From the IMG/VR virus record IMGVR_UViG_3300020416_000001, positions 96,001-160,000 of that record: a stretch of DNA of 64,000 bases; one strand, 5' to 3'. The translations under genes were made by a program, and so were the position numbers. Positions 40,847-51,903 of the stretch are shown here, in pieces. Numbering within the stretch: the first letter of the stretch is position 1; each line of letters opens with the position of its first letter. This stretch comes from a virus. The notes below the pieces were generated by a model that did not search any database, had not been told where the DNA came from, and saw nothing but the letters and a program-made list of their open reading frames with translations.

Positions 40847-42802
40847 ATGGATTTAGAAATTACTTCGAAACTGCTGAAGTATTCACCTTCAGACGTACAA
40901 TCAGTTACTTACGTTGTTGAGTACGCAGAACATAACTACGAGGGAGAGGCACGTGATGCCTATCTCGCGAAGCGTCTTGTCACTCCAACAGAGAAGGCAA
41001 TCGCTGAAGTTATTATCGAAGGCAAGAAAGGTCTTTGGGCAAATATTCACGCTAAGCGTAAGCGTGGAGAGGCACCTGCTAAGAAAGGTGACAAGGATTA
41101 CCCCAAGACTCTTAACATTGAGCATCATCAAAAGGATGCTAATGGTAAAGTTATCGAGCACGATGACGAGGCACCTGGAACTCCTGCTAGTGTAGAGGAG
41201 CAAAAGGCACCACGTATGCAGAAAGGCGCGATGGCATATGACGGTCCTAACAAGGCAGCATCTGAAGCAAGAGATAGAATTCTTGCTAAGACAAAAGCAT
41301 TGAGAGCGAAGGCGAAAGCAAAGACTCAATCTGAGGCGCTTGAGATGACCAAGAAAGAGTATGATAAAATTCACAAAGATTTTAAGTCTGACGATCCTAA
41401 GAATCCAAGAACTACTAAGTATGTCCCAGGCAAGGGTACAGTATCAATGCCTGTGAAGTTCAAGGAGCAGGTCTCTGCGAATGCAGCAACACTTAATATG
41501 AAACCAAGTGCTGCATCTCCTAAGATCGATACACCTAAAGAGAAGGAGTCAACAACAGATCCTTGCTGCGATAACCAGAGAACAATCAAAGCAAAGGGTG
41601 TAACTCCTAAGACTCAGGTGGAAGAACAAAAAGGTAAAGGCAGTCTTAAACAAGCACGTAAGAACGTCGGAGCATCTACCTGTTGGGACGGTTACGTTGC
41701 TAAAGGCACCAAGATGAAGAACGGAAAACAAGTTCCTAATTGTGTCAAAGAAAGCGAGGAATGGGTATGGGATGTCGTTGATGAACTCGGAGATGAGTTT
41801 GACAACCTTACCGAACAAGATCTACAAGATGTTGTAGTAGAAGCACTCTTAGATTTTGATACACAAGAAAATCTATTTGAAGCAATCGACATCATTGATG
41901 ACGGATGTGAGTTGTTAACAGAGGCACCATCAAAAGACTCAGCGTTTCCTAACGTTGCAGTTCAAGCACCTAGGGGTGGATCAAAACCAACCCGTGCTTC
42001 AAGAGTAGACAGACTTAAGTCTGCTGCTAAGAAAGCAGGTGGAGTGGTTAGAAAAGGACTAGCAAAAGCAGGTTCTGCTGCTAAAGCAGGAGCAAAGGCA
42101 GGTGCTAAGGGAGCAGTTCGTGGTGCAGGTTATGCATCAGGTCTTGCACAACGTGCAGCATCTTCTGCTAAGTCTGAATTCTCCAAAGGTAGAGAGCGTG
42201 GTCTAAGAGGTTCATCATCTGGTGGATCTTCTAGTGGATCATCGTCCTCTGGTGGTGGTTCATCTTCTGGTGGATCATCATCTGGTGGTTCATCAGGTGG
42301 AGGAGGATCCTACTCAGGTGGATCATCTTCTGGATCTTCAAGTTCCTCGGGTACCTCAGGTGGTACACAGAAAAAATCTGGTCCTTCATTGCTAAGTCGT
42401 GCTGCAGGTGCAGTCGGCAGAGGTTTGAAGCGTGCTGTTAAAGGTGGCGCTAACCTAGCAAAGAAAGCAGTTGGTAAAACATCAAGAGCAATCTCTAAAG
42501 GATCTGACAAACTTGCAAGGAAACTCGGAGAATCTATGGCAGAATCAAAAACAGACAAGGTACGTCGTATCTTGAAACTACAGCAGGAAACTCTTGAACA
42601 CGATAGAGCACACGCAAAAGATGCTAGTGCTGCGGGTTGGAGAGAGAGACTTGCGTACACAAAATTTGTTATGGAAGAACCAAGTGCAGAACAACTCAAG
42701 AAGAGAGAAGTTCTAAAACAAACTAAGGAACTTACTAACAAAGGTAAGCACAAGGAAGCGTCTGAAATGTTCAAGAAGCACTTCCCTAACTTTGGTAAAT
42801 AG
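40847..42802 (+). CDS. Modular Lys-rich protein, probable internal head protein
   Basis: Short basic modules separated by x-x-E sites; GS-rich tract; late box. Confidence 0.7.
   Translation: MDLEITSKLLKYSPSDVQSVTYVVEYAEHNYEGEARDAYLAKRLVTPTEKAIAEVIIEGKKGLWANIHAKRKRGEAPAKKGDKDYPKTLNIEHHQKDANGKVIEHDDEAPGTPASVEEQKAPRMQKGAMAYDGPNKAASEARDRILAKTKALRAKAKAKTQSEALEMTKKEYDKIHKDFKSDDPKNPRTTKYVPGKGTVSMPVKFKEQVSANAATLNMKPSAASPKIDTPKEKESTTDPCCDNQRTIKAKGVTPKTQVEEQKGKGSLKQARKNVGASTCWDGYVAKGTKMKNGKQVPNCVKESEEWVWDVVDELGDEFDNLTEQDLQDVVVEALLDFDTQENLFEAIDIIDDGCELLTEAPSKDSAFPNVAVQAPRGGSKPTRASRVDRLKSAAKKAGGVVRKGLAKAGSAAKAGAKAGAKGAVRGAGYASGLAQRAASSAKSEFSKGRERGLRGSSSGGSSSGSSSSGGGSSSGGSSSGGSSGGGGSYSGGSSSGSSSSSGTSGGTQKKSGPSLLSRAAGAVGRGLKRAVKGGANLAKKAVGKTSRAISKGSDKLARKLGESMAESKTDKVRRILKLQQETLEHDRAHAKDASAAGWRERLAYTKFVMEEPSAEQLKKREVLKQTKELTNKGKHKEASEMFKKHFPNFGK
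42209..42362 (+). repeat. Degenerate (GGSSS)n coding repeat
   Basis: Repeated ggtggttcatcttct-like units. Confidence 0.85.
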
Positions 42803-42804
42803 TA

Positions 42805-43248
42805 ATGCCTAAAAAAACAAAAATCATTATCAACCCCAAGAAGGAAGAACTGATGAAGGAAACCATCCGCCAACTTCTTCAGGCAGAACTCGCTGACCTG
42901 AAAGAACAATCCAAAAAGAAACTAGATCCTGTCGGTAAAGAAGACAAGGATATTGACAACGACGGTGACCACGATAAGTCAGATAAGTATCTGCTCAATC
43001 GTAGAAAGACTGTCGCTAAAGCAATGGGTAAGAAAACCCACATCTGTGCTAAGTATGTTGAGCATACTGAGTATGGTCTTTGCTACACAATTCCTGAGGC
43101 ACACACCTTGGTTGAGAAGGCAGACCATAGCGATGGATGCACTCACGAAGTAACTCACTACGACATCGTGGATGAGTCAGAACAAATGCATAGCAACATT
43201 CCTGTTGAAGATCTTAACGTTCTTGTCCAAGAAATGCATAAGCACTAA
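42805..43248 (+). CDS. Hypothetical late protein
   Basis: [24 protein letters not shown] module. Confidence 0.75.
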   Translation: MPKKTKIIINPKKEELMKETIRQLLQAELADLKEQSKKKLDPVGKEDKDIDNDGDHDKSDKYLLNRRKTVAKAMGKKTHICAKYVEHTEYGLCYTIPEAHTLVEKADHSDGCTHEVTHYDIVDESEQMHSNIPVEDLNVLVQEMHKH

Positions 43249-43652
43249 TGAAATCTTTCAAAGAGTACATTACAGAGTTGAATCGTTACGAGAAAGAGAC
43301 TGGTAAATCTACTGGTCCTAGTCACGGGCGTACTGGTGTCAACACTCCTAAGGCAGGCACACCCACTAAGAAGGGTGGATCTGGTAAGGACTCTCCTATC
43401 GCTTCCGTCAAAAGGATGGTAAGGAAGATGCAAGGTGGAGAAGTTGGTCAGATGAAGAAACAGAAAGGTGCAAAGTCAACTGCAGGTACTGGCAAGTACA
43501 AGGCAATGGCAGACAGGCGCAAGAATCAAAAAGATACCACTGCTGCAGATGCTAAGAAACGCGGATTCAAATCTACTAGGGATTACGTGAACACTATGGC
43601 ACGTTACGGTGGTAAAGATAACTATGATAGAGGACGCGGATTAGGATCATAA
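43248..43652 (+). CDS. Basic protein with capsid-targeting-like leader
   Basis: N-terminus [10 protein letters not shown]. Confidence 0.75.
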   Translation: MKSFKEYITELNRYEKETGKSTGPSHGRTGVNTPKAGTPTKKGGSGKDSPIASVKRMVRKMQGGEVGQMKKQKGAKSTAGTGKYKAMADRRKNQKDTTAADAKKRGFKSTRDYVNTMARYGGKDNYDRGRGLGS

Positions 43653-43686
43653 GCACCTATATAGTGATAGGTACGTTTCATTAATT

Positions 43687-43881
43687 ATGGTTAAATTCCT
43701 TCTTCCATTTGCAATTAAAATCATCGAGTCAGCAGTCGATAAGATTCCTGACAATCTAGATGAACTAATCAAGAAATTGATCGTGAGTCTAGCAAAGAAA
43801 GCAGTATCAAGAACTGACAACACAGTTGATGATCAACTCGTGGCAGCACTTGAGAAAGCATTACTCTCACCTGAGGGTTAA
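43687..43881 (+). CDS. Small hypothetical protein
   Basis: TDNTVDDQLV motif; amphipathic. Confidence 0.7.
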   Translation: MVKFLLPFAIKIIESAVDKIPDNLDELIKKLIVSLAKKAVSRTDNTVDDQLVAALEKALLSPEG

Positions 43882-43895
43882 TAGTCTCAGACACT

Positions 43896-43915
43896 AGGGA
43901 CCTACGGGTCCCTTT
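43896..43915 (+). terminator. Hairpin terminator
   Basis: AGGGACC-TACG-GGTCCCT-TT. Confidence 0.65.
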
Positions 43916-43923
43916 CGTGTTTG

Positions 43924-43931
43924 TATAAATA
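43924..43931 (+). promoter_or_regulatory. Late promoter TATAAATA
   Basis: Exact consensus. Confidence 0.8.
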
Positions 43932-43969
43932 AAATATAGGAAACACAACGTTCACGGAGTAAAATCAAG

Positions 43970-44755
43970 ATGGCCATTCTGGGCAAAATCGACGCAGCAA
44001 CGTTCTCCAATAATGTCGCGGTCACAAATGGTGACGCAACTGTTACCAAGAATGCTGCCGACACTGTTGTTGTCGGTGATGTTCTCGAATTGGCAAACGT
44101 CGCATACATCGTCAAACAAGTTACATCTACAACTGCAATCGAATTGCACAAAGCATATGCAGGTAGCACTAACGCTACATTGTCTGGTGCTGTAAGGAGA
44201 ACTCCTCCTAAGGCAGTTGCAGAGTTTGTAGTTAAAGGTGGAGATAGTATTTCAGACTATCAACTTATCTTTGTTGATACTACTGAAGATGGTATCGCAT
44301 CTAACAAGTCACGTGGTATCGACGGACCTGGATGGTGGTTGTATAGAACATACAACACAGCAGCAGGAACTACACGTCACAAGGCAGAGAAACTTGCAGC
44401 ACTTAGAGTTGCAGCAGCAACATCTGGTGACGACTCTGATGATACAGTGGCAGCAGACGTGCTCGAAACAATCACAATCGGCACTCAACCTTCCAACCAG
44501 ACTACATCTTCTGGTGCAGCAACCTTTACTGTTGCAGCAACTGTGGATCAGTCAGGTACTATCACTTATCAGTGGCAGAAAAGAACTTCTTCATCTGGAA
44601 GATTCAGTAATGTATCTGGTGCAACCAGTGCATCTCTTGTCCTTTCAGGTCAATTAGCAGCGAATGACGGCAACCAGTACAGAGTTAAAGTTAACTCAAG
44701 CAAGGGTGCTGCTGAAGTTGTAAGTAGCATTGCTACTCTAACCTTCGGTTCATAA
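43970..44755 (+). CDS. Virion structural protein with C-terminal Ig-like domain
   Basis: ITIGTQP..ATFTV..TYQWQK..YRV; PGWW.Y.TY...R.KAE. Confidence 0.75.
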   Translation: MAILGKIDAATFSNNVAVTNGDATVTKNAADTVVVGDVLELANVAYIVKQVTSTTAIELHKAYAGSTNATLSGAVRRTPPKAVAEFVVKGGDSISDYQLIFVDTTEDGIASNKSRGIDGPGWWLYRTYNTAAGTTRHKAEKLAALRVAAATSGDDSDDTVAADVLETITIGTQPSNQTTSSGAATFTVAATVDQSGTITYQWQKRTSSSGRFSNVSGATSASLVLSGQLAANDGNQYRVKVNSSKGAAEVVSSIATLTFGS

Positions 44756-44773
44756 TAACCAACCACCTTTGTT

Positions 44774-45151
44774 ATGTTTGAAAATTTGAATACACTCACA
44801 GCGGACAACTTTATGATGTTCGCTATGAAACACTACGATAATCCCCAGTCAGTTACATATGATGATTTCCTTGAGGATATGATGCGCTTCAAATACTTGA
44901 AGCGTCTCTTTGGGAGATACATCAAGACTGGGGTTCTTCGTAACCATCTTATACTGAATCATTTGATCGTACTATTCAATGTGTTCGGGGAAGCAACAGT
45001 ACCTTTGTTAGTTTACAAAGTTGACAAACAGTATTGGGACATCCTTAAAACATATTTGGTGTACTTAAACAGATACCCTGAGACAGGATGTGGGACATTA
45101 GATTATGTAGAAATTGATCCTGTAATAAGCAAACAGTTGAGAGACCTCTGA
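44774..45151 (+). CDS. Conserved T4-like phage hypothetical protein
   Basis: FAMKHYDNP, RFKYLKRL, LILNHLIVL.NVFG. Confidence 0.8.
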   Translation: MFENLNTLTADNFMMFAMKHYDNPQSVTYDDFLEDMMRFKYLKRLFGRYIKTGVLRNHLILNHLIVLFNVFGEATVPLLVYKVDKQYWDILKTYLVYLNRYPETGCGTLDYVEIDPVISKQLRDL

Positions 45152-46320
45152 TGCCTGCTAAATCAAAAGCACAAAGAAAATTTATGGGGATGGTACGTGC
45201 CACCCAGAAAGGTGAGATGAAGAACCCGTCTCCCGAATTGAAACGTGCTGCAGGTGATATGTCTGCAAAGGCAGTCAACAAGTATGCAAAAACAAAAGAA
45301 AAGAATTTACCAGACAAAGTAGAAGAGTCAGTACAGAATAATAAAGTTGATTTAGTATTGAAGACAGGTGTTAATAACGTTCTTAAGCAAGACAACAAAG
45401 ATTACGACAGAGGACTGCTCGCACAGGTCAACAAAGATGGCAGTTATGATGTAGCATATTGGTACGATAAGTATGAGAAGTATCCTGTCGAGGTTGTAAT
45501 CGATGGCAAGACTTGTGCCAAGGATGCTAAAAATATTCACATCAAGTATCATCCTGAGTTGAAGAACGATGATAAAGAGGAAGCGAAAGAAGATATGAAA
45601 GAGTACGTGGGTGGTACTATGGGTTATGGTGCTGTGATTTCAAATGGAATCCCTGGAGCACAGTCACATAGCAACACAAGACAAGGCAAGATTACTAAGA
45701 AAGATAAGAAAAAGAAATTTGCTGAAGAGATCTTACGACTACAGTATGAGGCAAGAGTAGAATACACAGGACCAAACAAAGACGAAAGGAAACAGATCAA
45801 GAAACTTGATAACAAAAAGTTTGCTGCCAAACTAGCAGACTATGAAAAGAATATGGATCCTAAGAAACGTCAGGCACTTAGAGATAAAGCAACTAAGGGT
45901 ATGAAGTTTGTGCACGAAGAAGGTGCTCCTACTATGAATACAGGTTCTACTGCAGGTGCAGCAGGATTCTCAAGTGAGTCAGAGGCAGACGGACCTACTG
46001 CAGGTTTGGATGAACCATTGGGAGGAACAAGGAAACTGAGAGGCAGGGGTGCTGTGTCAGGAAAGAAGAAAAAGTTCAAGTGTAAAAAAGCACCCGATGG
46101 TATAAATAAAGTATGTGAATCCACTGAGGCAAAATACCTATCGTTCTTGGTTCAGATGGATGATGTTGAGTTTATATTTAATGGCAAGTCGCCCGCAGAT
46201 GTCAAGATACGACTGAGAAAAATTTATCGTCCTGAGAGATTGAAAGGAATCAAGATCACTAGAATGCTTCCTGCTCAGGTTATGCATTATTATTGGGAGA
46301 AACGTCAAGCAGCAATGTAA
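45151..46320 (+). CDS. Modular hypothetical late protein
   Basis: AKSKAQRKFMGMV module, x-x-E boundaries. Confidence 0.7.
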   Translation: MPAKSKAQRKFMGMVRATQKGEMKNPSPELKRAAGDMSAKAVNKYAKTKEKNLPDKVEESVQNNKVDLVLKTGVNNVLKQDNKDYDRGLLAQVNKDGSYDVAYWYDKYEKYPVEVVIDGKTCAKDAKNIHIKYHPELKNDDKEEAKEDMKEYVGGTMGYGAVISNGIPGAQSHSNTRQGKITKKDKKKKFAEEILRLQYEARVEYTGPNKDERKQIKKLDNKKFAAKLADYEKNMDPKKRQALRDKATKGMKFVHEEGAPTMNTGSTAGAAGFSSESEADGPTAGLDEPLGGTRKLRGRGAVSGKKKKFKCKKAPDGINKVCESTEAKYLSFLVQMDDVEFIFNGKSPADVKIRLRKIYRPERLKGIKITRMLPAQVMHYYWEKRQAAM

Positions 46321-46715
46321 TGTCTGATATTAACACCGCAATTATTGAACGTCTCGAACGTGTTGTGGACTCACTACAGGAGAACTCTGTAAAGATGGGT
46401 CAACTTCTTGCTGTGCATAATGAGAAACTGAGTAAGCAAGATGAGGTAGATACTATCTTGTTTGAAAAGATAGATAGGATACACGCAGACATCAATAGAG
46501 AGACCGATGCAATCAAGAAAGGATGTGAGAGAGACATCCGTCTGGTTGATAATAGACTGCGTGCTATTGAAAAGAAAATGTGGACCATAGCAGGTTCTCT
46601 TACAGTAATCAGTGTCCTCCTCTCACCCATAGGTCAACGAGTTTTTGGTCCTATGTTGACAGGCGGTCAGGAATCAAGTATCATTAGAAGCGTCGAGTCC
46701 GAACGCTTGGGATGA
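46320..46715 (+). CDS. Coiled-coil protein with C-terminal TM
   Basis: LAVHNEKL, TM near the C-terminus. Confidence 0.7.
   Translation: MSDINTAIIERLERVVDSLQENSVKMGQLLAVHNEKLSKQDEVDTILFEKIDRIHADINRETDAIKKGCERDIRLVDNRLRAIEKKMWTIAGSLTVISVLLSPIGQRVFGPMLTGGQESSIIRSVESERLG
46656..46684 (+). promoter_or_regulatory. sigma70-type promoter of primase (TTGACA-17-TATCAT)
   Basis: Near-consensus boxes. Confidence 0.65.
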
Positions 46716-47710
46716 GTTTTATTGATATTAAGTATGCTCGCATCGTTGGCAGCAGACTTGATAAGTTCAAAGAAAAAAAATCAACCCTCTACAACTTCAG
46801 ATGCCCCTACTGTGGAGACTCACAGAAGCAAGCATCTAAGGCGAGAGGGTATTTCTTTACCAAACAGAATGACATTATCTTTAAGTGTCATAACTGTGGG
46901 GTAGGGAGAACCCTTGGGAACTTCCTCAAGGACCAAGCACGCGACATATACGATGAGTATGTTATAGAAAGATACAAGGGTGGTTTGACAGGCAAAAGGA
47001 CAAGGGTTGCTAACCCAAATCCTGATGTGTTCAAGTCCAAACCAGTATTTAATACAGGCAGTAACCTCCCACGTATTTCTAGTCTAAATACAGAACATCC
47101 CGCTAGGACGTACCTTGAACAAAGAGGCATTACAGGGTCGAAACTTGACCGTATTTACTATGCCGATAAGTTCAAAGAGTACATCAACTCGCAGAAACAT
47201 ACATTTGACAACCTCCAGAATGATAGACCTCGTATCATCATTCCACTAATTGACAAAGAAGGAAATTGGTTTGGTGTGCAGGGTAGATCCCTAATGCCAA
47301 ATGCTAGACTTCGCTACATTACTATTCTTTATGATGAATCAAAACTTAAAGTATTCGGGCAGGACAAACTCGACACTAGCAGAACCGTCTACCTCGTGGA
47401 GGGACCGTTTGATTCCCTCTTCTTGGAAAACAGTGCTGCTATGTGTGGGTCCGATCTTGATCCTCGGTCGTGTGGTTGGCGCGATTGTGTTTTTGTTTTT
47501 GATAACGAACCGCGTAACAAACAAATCACCGATAGAATCTCCACCACTATCGACAGAGGTTACAAGGTAGTGATCTTTCCATCAGAGATTCAACAAAAAG
47601 ATCTCAATGATATGGTCCTTGGTGGACACGACGTACAAAAACTGGTAGAATCAAATACTTACCACGGTTTACAAGCAAAACTTAAACTCTCTCAATGGAA
47701 GAAAGTATGA
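46712..47710 (+). CDS. gp61: DNA primase gp61
   Basis: CPYCGDS, CHNC zinc finger, VEGPFDS, DNEPRN, KDLND. Confidence 0.96.
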   Translation: MSFIDIKYARIVGSRLDKFKEKKSTLYNFRCPYCGDSQKQASKARGYFFTKQNDIIFKCHNCGVGRTLGNFLKDQARDIYDEYVIERYKGGLTGKRTRVANPNPDVFKSKPVFNTGSNLPRISSLNTEHPARTYLEQRGITGSKLDRIYYADKFKEYINSQKHTFDNLQNDRPRIIIPLIDKEGNWFGVQGRSLMPNARLRYITILYDESKLKVFGQDKLDTSRTVYLVEGPFDSLFLENSAAMCGSDLDPRSCGWRDCVFVFDNEPRNKQITDRISTTIDRGYKVVIFPSEIQQKDLNDMVLGGHDVQKLVESNTYHGLQAKLKLSQWKKV

Positions 47711-50007
47711 ACGTAATTAAAAGAGACGGCACTGCTGTCCCTCTCAACCTAGACAAAGTGCATAAAATGGTTGAGTTAGCGTGTGAAGGTCTTACAGGTG
47801 TAAGCGAATCACAAGTTGAAATGAATGCAAATATTCAATTCTTTGAAGGTATCAAGACCTCAGAGATTCAAGAGATCCTTATCAGGTCAGCAAGTGATCT
47901 GATCAGTATGGATACACCCAACTATCAATACGTTGCTGCACGTCTTCTATTGTTTGATGTTCGCAAGCAGGTATTCCCTGAGTGGGCAGACGAGATTGGA
48001 TACCCACACCTCCACGATCACGTACAACGTTGCGCTGAGGCAGGAGTGTATGACGCTGCCATTCTAAATAAATATAGTCCGCCAGAGTGGGACCTGCTCA
48101 ACAGTTTTATTGACCACGAAAGATGTATGGGGTTCACCTATGCAGGTCTGAGACAGATTGTAGATAAGTATCTTGTACAGGATAGAAGCACTGGGATTCT
48201 CTATGAGACACCTCAGTATATGTACATTATGGTAGCAGCAACACTCTTCCAAGACTATCCAAAAAACAGTCGTTTAGAGTATGTACAACGCTACTACACA
48301 GCAACCTCCAAAGGAAAAATCAACCTCCCAACACCAGTCTTGGCAGGAGTTCGGACTCCGATGCGACAGTTTGCTTCTTGTGTTCTTGTTGATGTTGATG
48401 ACACCCTCGATGGTATCTTTAGTAGTGATATGGCGATTGGCAAATATGTTGCACAACGTGCGGGTATCGGCATCAACGCAGGCAGGATCCGTGGTATCAA
48501 CTCTAAGATCAGAGGCGGAGAGGTACAACACACAGGTGTGGTCCCCTTCCTTAAAAAGTTTGAATCAACTGTCAGATGCTGCACTCAAAACGGCATCCGA
48601 GGTGGTTCTGCTACAGTCCACTTTCCTATCTGGCATCAGGAAATCGAAGACATCCTCGTCCTCAAAAACAACAAAGGAACCGAAGACAACAGAGTCAGGA
48701 AACTAGACTACAGTATTCAAATTAGTAAACTATTCTACGAGAGGTTTATTCAAGGTGAAACAATCTCCCTATTCTCTCCTCACGACGTTCCTGGTCTTTA
48801 TGATGCCTTTGGGACTGATGATTTTGATCTACTTTACACCAAGTACGAACAGGATAAATCGATCCCTAGAAGGACTGTCTCCGCCAACGAGATTATCCTC
48901 TCCTTACTAAAAGAAAGAGCAGAGACTGGTCGTATTTACATTATGAATATCGACCACTGTAACAGTCACAGTTCGTTCAAAGACAAGGTTAATATGTCTA
49001 ACCTATGTCAAGAGATTACACTGCCCACAGACCCGATTTCACACATCGATGACGATGGTGGAGAGATCGCATTGTGTATCCTATCTGCAATCAATGTAGG
49101 TAAACTTCGTAACCTCAATGAGATGGAGGAACTATGTGATCTTGCAGTCCGTGGACTAGAAGAACTTATTGATTATCAAAAGTATCCTGTGAAGGCAGCA
49201 GAGCGTTCTACTCTTGCACGTCGTTCACTTGGTGTTGGTTATATTGGTCTTGCACATTACCTTGCTAAGAATGGATTTAAGTATGATGATCAGGGTGCAT
49301 ATGACATCGTTCATCAACTAACTGAGTCCTTCCAATACAACCTTCTCAAGGCATCTAATGCTATTGCAATGGAGAAAGGACCGTGTGATGCATTCCAACA
49401 CACAAAGTATGCAGATGGAATTTTTCCTATCGATACATATAAGAGTGAGGTAGATGAAATAACATCGGTAGAACTTGCTTATGATTGGGAAGGTCTTAGG
49501 AATTCTGTTAAAGAGCACGGTCTAAGACACAGTACACTGTCCGCTCAAATGCCAAGCGAGAGCAGTTCGGTAGTGTCAAATGCTACTAATGGAATTGAAC
49601 CACCCAGAGATTATCTTTCTATTAAGAAATCAAAGAAAGGTCCACTTAAGCAAATTGTACCAGGGTTTCCATACCTAAAAAATAAATACACCCTCCTATG
49701 GGATATGCCTTCTAATGAAGGTTACATAAAAATTGTCGCCGTGATGCAAAAGTTCTTCGACCAAGCAATCTCAGGCAACTGGAGTTATAATCCAGGTAAT
49801 TATGATAATAACGAAGTACCTTCTTCCGTTATGGCAATGGACCTATTGACAACCTACAAATACGGTTGGAAGACAAGTTACTATCATAACACTTATGATA
49901 ATAAGAAAGATGGTGAAGAAGAACCAACCACATCAACATCACAAGTTGATCAACTAGTAAACGAACTTTTGGAGGCAGAGGAAGACTGTGACAGTTGCAA
50001 AGTTTAA
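47707..50007 (+). CDS. nrdA: Ribonucleotide reductase class Ia alpha subunit
   Basis: ATP cone, QFASC, SNLCQEI, C-terminal CDSCKV. Confidence 0.98.
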   Translation: MNVIKRDGTAVPLNLDKVHKMVELACEGLTGVSESQVEMNANIQFFEGIKTSEIQEILIRSASDLISMDTPNYQYVAARLLLFDVRKQVFPEWADEIGYPHLHDHVQRCAEAGVYDAAILNKYSPPEWDLLNSFIDHERCMGFTYAGLRQIVDKYLVQDRSTGILYETPQYMYIMVAATLFQDYPKNSRLEYVQRYYTATSKGKINLPTPVLAGVRTPMRQFASCVLVDVDDTLDGIFSSDMAIGKYVAQRAGIGINAGRIRGINSKIRGGEVQHTGVVPFLKKFESTVRCCTQNGIRGGSATVHFPIWHQEIEDILVLKNNKGTEDNRVRKLDYSIQISKLFYERFIQGETISLFSPHDVPGLYDAFGTDDFDLLYTKYEQDKSIPRRTVSANEIILSLLKERAETGRIYIMNIDHCNSHSSFKDKVNMSNLCQEITLPTDPISHIDDDGGEIALCILSAINVGKLRNLNEMEELCDLAVRGLEELIDYQKYPVKAAERSTLARRSLGVGYIGLAHYLAKNGFKYDDQGAYDIVHQLTESFQYNLLKASNAIAMEKGPCDAFQHTKYADGIFPIDTYKSEVDEITSVELAYDWEGLRNSVKEHGLRHSTLSAQMPSESSSVVSNATNGIEPPRDYLSIKKSKKGPLKQIVPGFPYLKNKYTLLWDMPSNEGYIKIVAVMQKFFDQAISGNWSYNPGNYDNNEVPSSVMAMDLLTTYKYGWKTSYYHNTYDNKKDGEEEPTTSTSQVDQLVNELLEAEEDCDSCKV

Positions 50008-51187
50008 GATCTCAACTGGTGGGAACGATCCACGACAGCGCAAAGGCATTGAGAACGTAACAGTTTTCAATCAAGCACAACACGACACAACAAAACAACC
50101 TATGTTCTTTGGACAACCCTTGGGTGTTCAGAGATACGACGGAGCAAAGTATCCAGTCTTTGATAGACTGACTAACTCCCAACTTGGTTTCTTCTGGAGA
50201 CCCGAAGAGGTCTCACTTCAGAAGGACAGATCCGATTTTCAATCTTTATCTGATGCACAAAAACACATCTTCACATCAAACCTCAGATACCAGATCCTCC
50301 TTGACTCCGTACAAGGTCGTGGTCCTGGTCTTGCTTTCATTCCTTATTGCTCTCTACCCGAGTTAGAATCTGCTATGATTGCGTGGGAGTTTATGGAAAT
50401 GATCCACTCTAGATCCTACACGTACATCATTAAAAATGTTTATGCAAACCCTGAGCAGATTTTTGATACTATTCTTGATGACGAGAAGATCATCGCTCGT
50501 GCCAAATCTGTTACTGAAGCGTATGATGAGTTCATCAACTTTGCTCAGCAATGGGGACAAGGTAACTGGTGGAAAGAAGGTTGGAGAGATTCACCGTCTG
50601 CATCTTGGGAGAAGAAAGAACTTAAGCGCAGACTTTATAGAGCAATTATGAATGTGAATATCCTTGAGGGTATTCGTTTCTATGTTTCATTTGCTTGTTC
50701 TTTTGGGTTCGGTGAACTCAAGAAGATGGAAGGATCTGCAAAGATCATTTCTCTTATTGCACGTGATGAGTCACAGCACCTTGTGATTACACAAAACATC
50801 ATTAACAACTGGAGGAAAGGTGATGATCCTGATATGCTAGAGATCATCGACGAAGAGAAAGGTAACGTTATCGAGATGTTCGAGCGTTGCGTAAACGAAG
50901 AGAAAGACTGGGCAGAGTATCTATTCAAAGAAGGATCTATGATCGGACTCAATGCCAAACTTCTTACTCAGTATGTGAAATGGATCGCTAATAGAAGAAT
51001 GAAAACTATTGGCATCGATCCAATCTATGATGTACCTGCTAGAAACAATCCTCTTCCTTGGACTAATCATTGGTTGAACTCTAAAGGTCAACAGAATGCA
51101 CCACAGGAAACAGAGATTGAATCATATGTTGTTGGTGCAATCAAACAGGACATCAAGAAAGATACGTTCTCTGGATTCAAACTTTAA
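49988..51187 (+). CDS. nrdB: Ribonucleotide reductase beta subunit
   Basis: FFWRPEE, DSVQGR, EMIHSRSY, RDESQH. Confidence 0.97.
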   Translation: MTVAKFKISTGGNDPRQRKGIENVTVFNQAQHDTTKQPMFFGQPLGVQRYDGAKYPVFDRLTNSQLGFFWRPEEVSLQKDRSDFQSLSDAQKHIFTSNLRYQILLDSVQGRGPGLAFIPYCSLPELESAMIAWEFMEMIHSRSYTYIIKNVYANPEQIFDTILDDEKIIARAKSVTEAYDEFINFAQQWGQGNWWKEGWRDSPSASWEKKELKRRLYRAIMNVNILEGIRFYVSFACSFGFGELKKMEGSAKIISLIARDESQHLVITQNIINNWRKGDDPDMLEIIDEEKGNVIEMFERCVNEEKDWAEYLFKEGSMIGLNAKLLTQYVKWIANRRMKTIGIDPIYDVPARNNPLPWTNHWLNSKGQQNAPQETEIESYVVGAIKQDIKKDTFSGFKL

Positions 51188-51189
51188 CT

Positions 51190-51819
51190 ATGTTTATTGG
51201 TGATGTCCCGACCTCTGTGTCGGAACCCATCAAGGCAAGACTATTGAATAGTCCTTATTGGCCTTGGTATATGATTACTGAAACCACAGGGTATGACCCT
51301 AAGTTCAACGATTCTATCCCCGATGAAATGTCGGGGGAGGATCCCCAATTTCAACACACAGTTGTAAACAACCACGGAGAAATCGCATCCCAACACGCTT
51401 GGGATATTGTGGTTGAACCACTGTGGAAATATATTCAAGAGAATTACGATGCTGAACTTGGAGACTTTGAAAAGTTCAGACGTATCAAGATCAATCTATT
51501 AACAAAGAAAGAGTCTAAGCATCTATACCACACACCACACGTTGATTATGATTTCCCTCATACAACGCTGTTGTATTATGTGAATGACTCGGATGGTCCT
51601 ACCTTCTTCTTCAATGAGAAGTACGATGGGTCACGAAAGAAACTGACGCTGAAAGAAAAGATCGAACCACGTCAAGGTAGGTTTATTATCTTTGACGGTC
51701 ATACTTTTCACGCAAGCAGTAATCCGCAGTACAACGATTACAGATGCATAATCAACTTAAATTACATCTCAAGTTCCTCAGGCAACTTAAGCGGGATCTT
51801 AAACGAGATAAAGGTATAG
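51190..51819 (+). CDS. 2OG-Fe(II) oxygenase
   Basis: HTPHVD, LYYVNDSDGPT, FDG..FHASS, R.IIN.N. Confidence 0.82.
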   Translation: MFIGDVPTSVSEPIKARLLNSPYWPWYMITETTGYDPKFNDSIPDEMSGEDPQFQHTVVNNHGEIASQHAWDIVVEPLWKYIQENYDAELGDFEKFRRIKINLLTKKESKHLYHTPHVDYDFPHTTLLYYVNDSDGPTFFFNEKYDGSRKKLTLKEKIEPRQGRFIIFDGHTFHASSNPQYNDYRCIINLNYISSSSGNLSGILNEIKV

Positions 51820-51903
51820 GTGTATCGAGAAGTTCATACCGTAACAACCGTTACAAAAAGAAAAATATTGCTAAATAGATCTGGGTATGCTAACATACCT
51901 TTA

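Noticed and set aside
42209-42362. Possible CRISPR-like or DNA-level repeat array
   Set aside because: Synonymously diverged Gly/Ser codons with no spacers
42310-42909. Long minus-strand ORFs (also 35588-36211, 40901-41374, 6545-6913)
   Set aside because: Shadows of plus-strand genes, with no RBS or recognisable motifs
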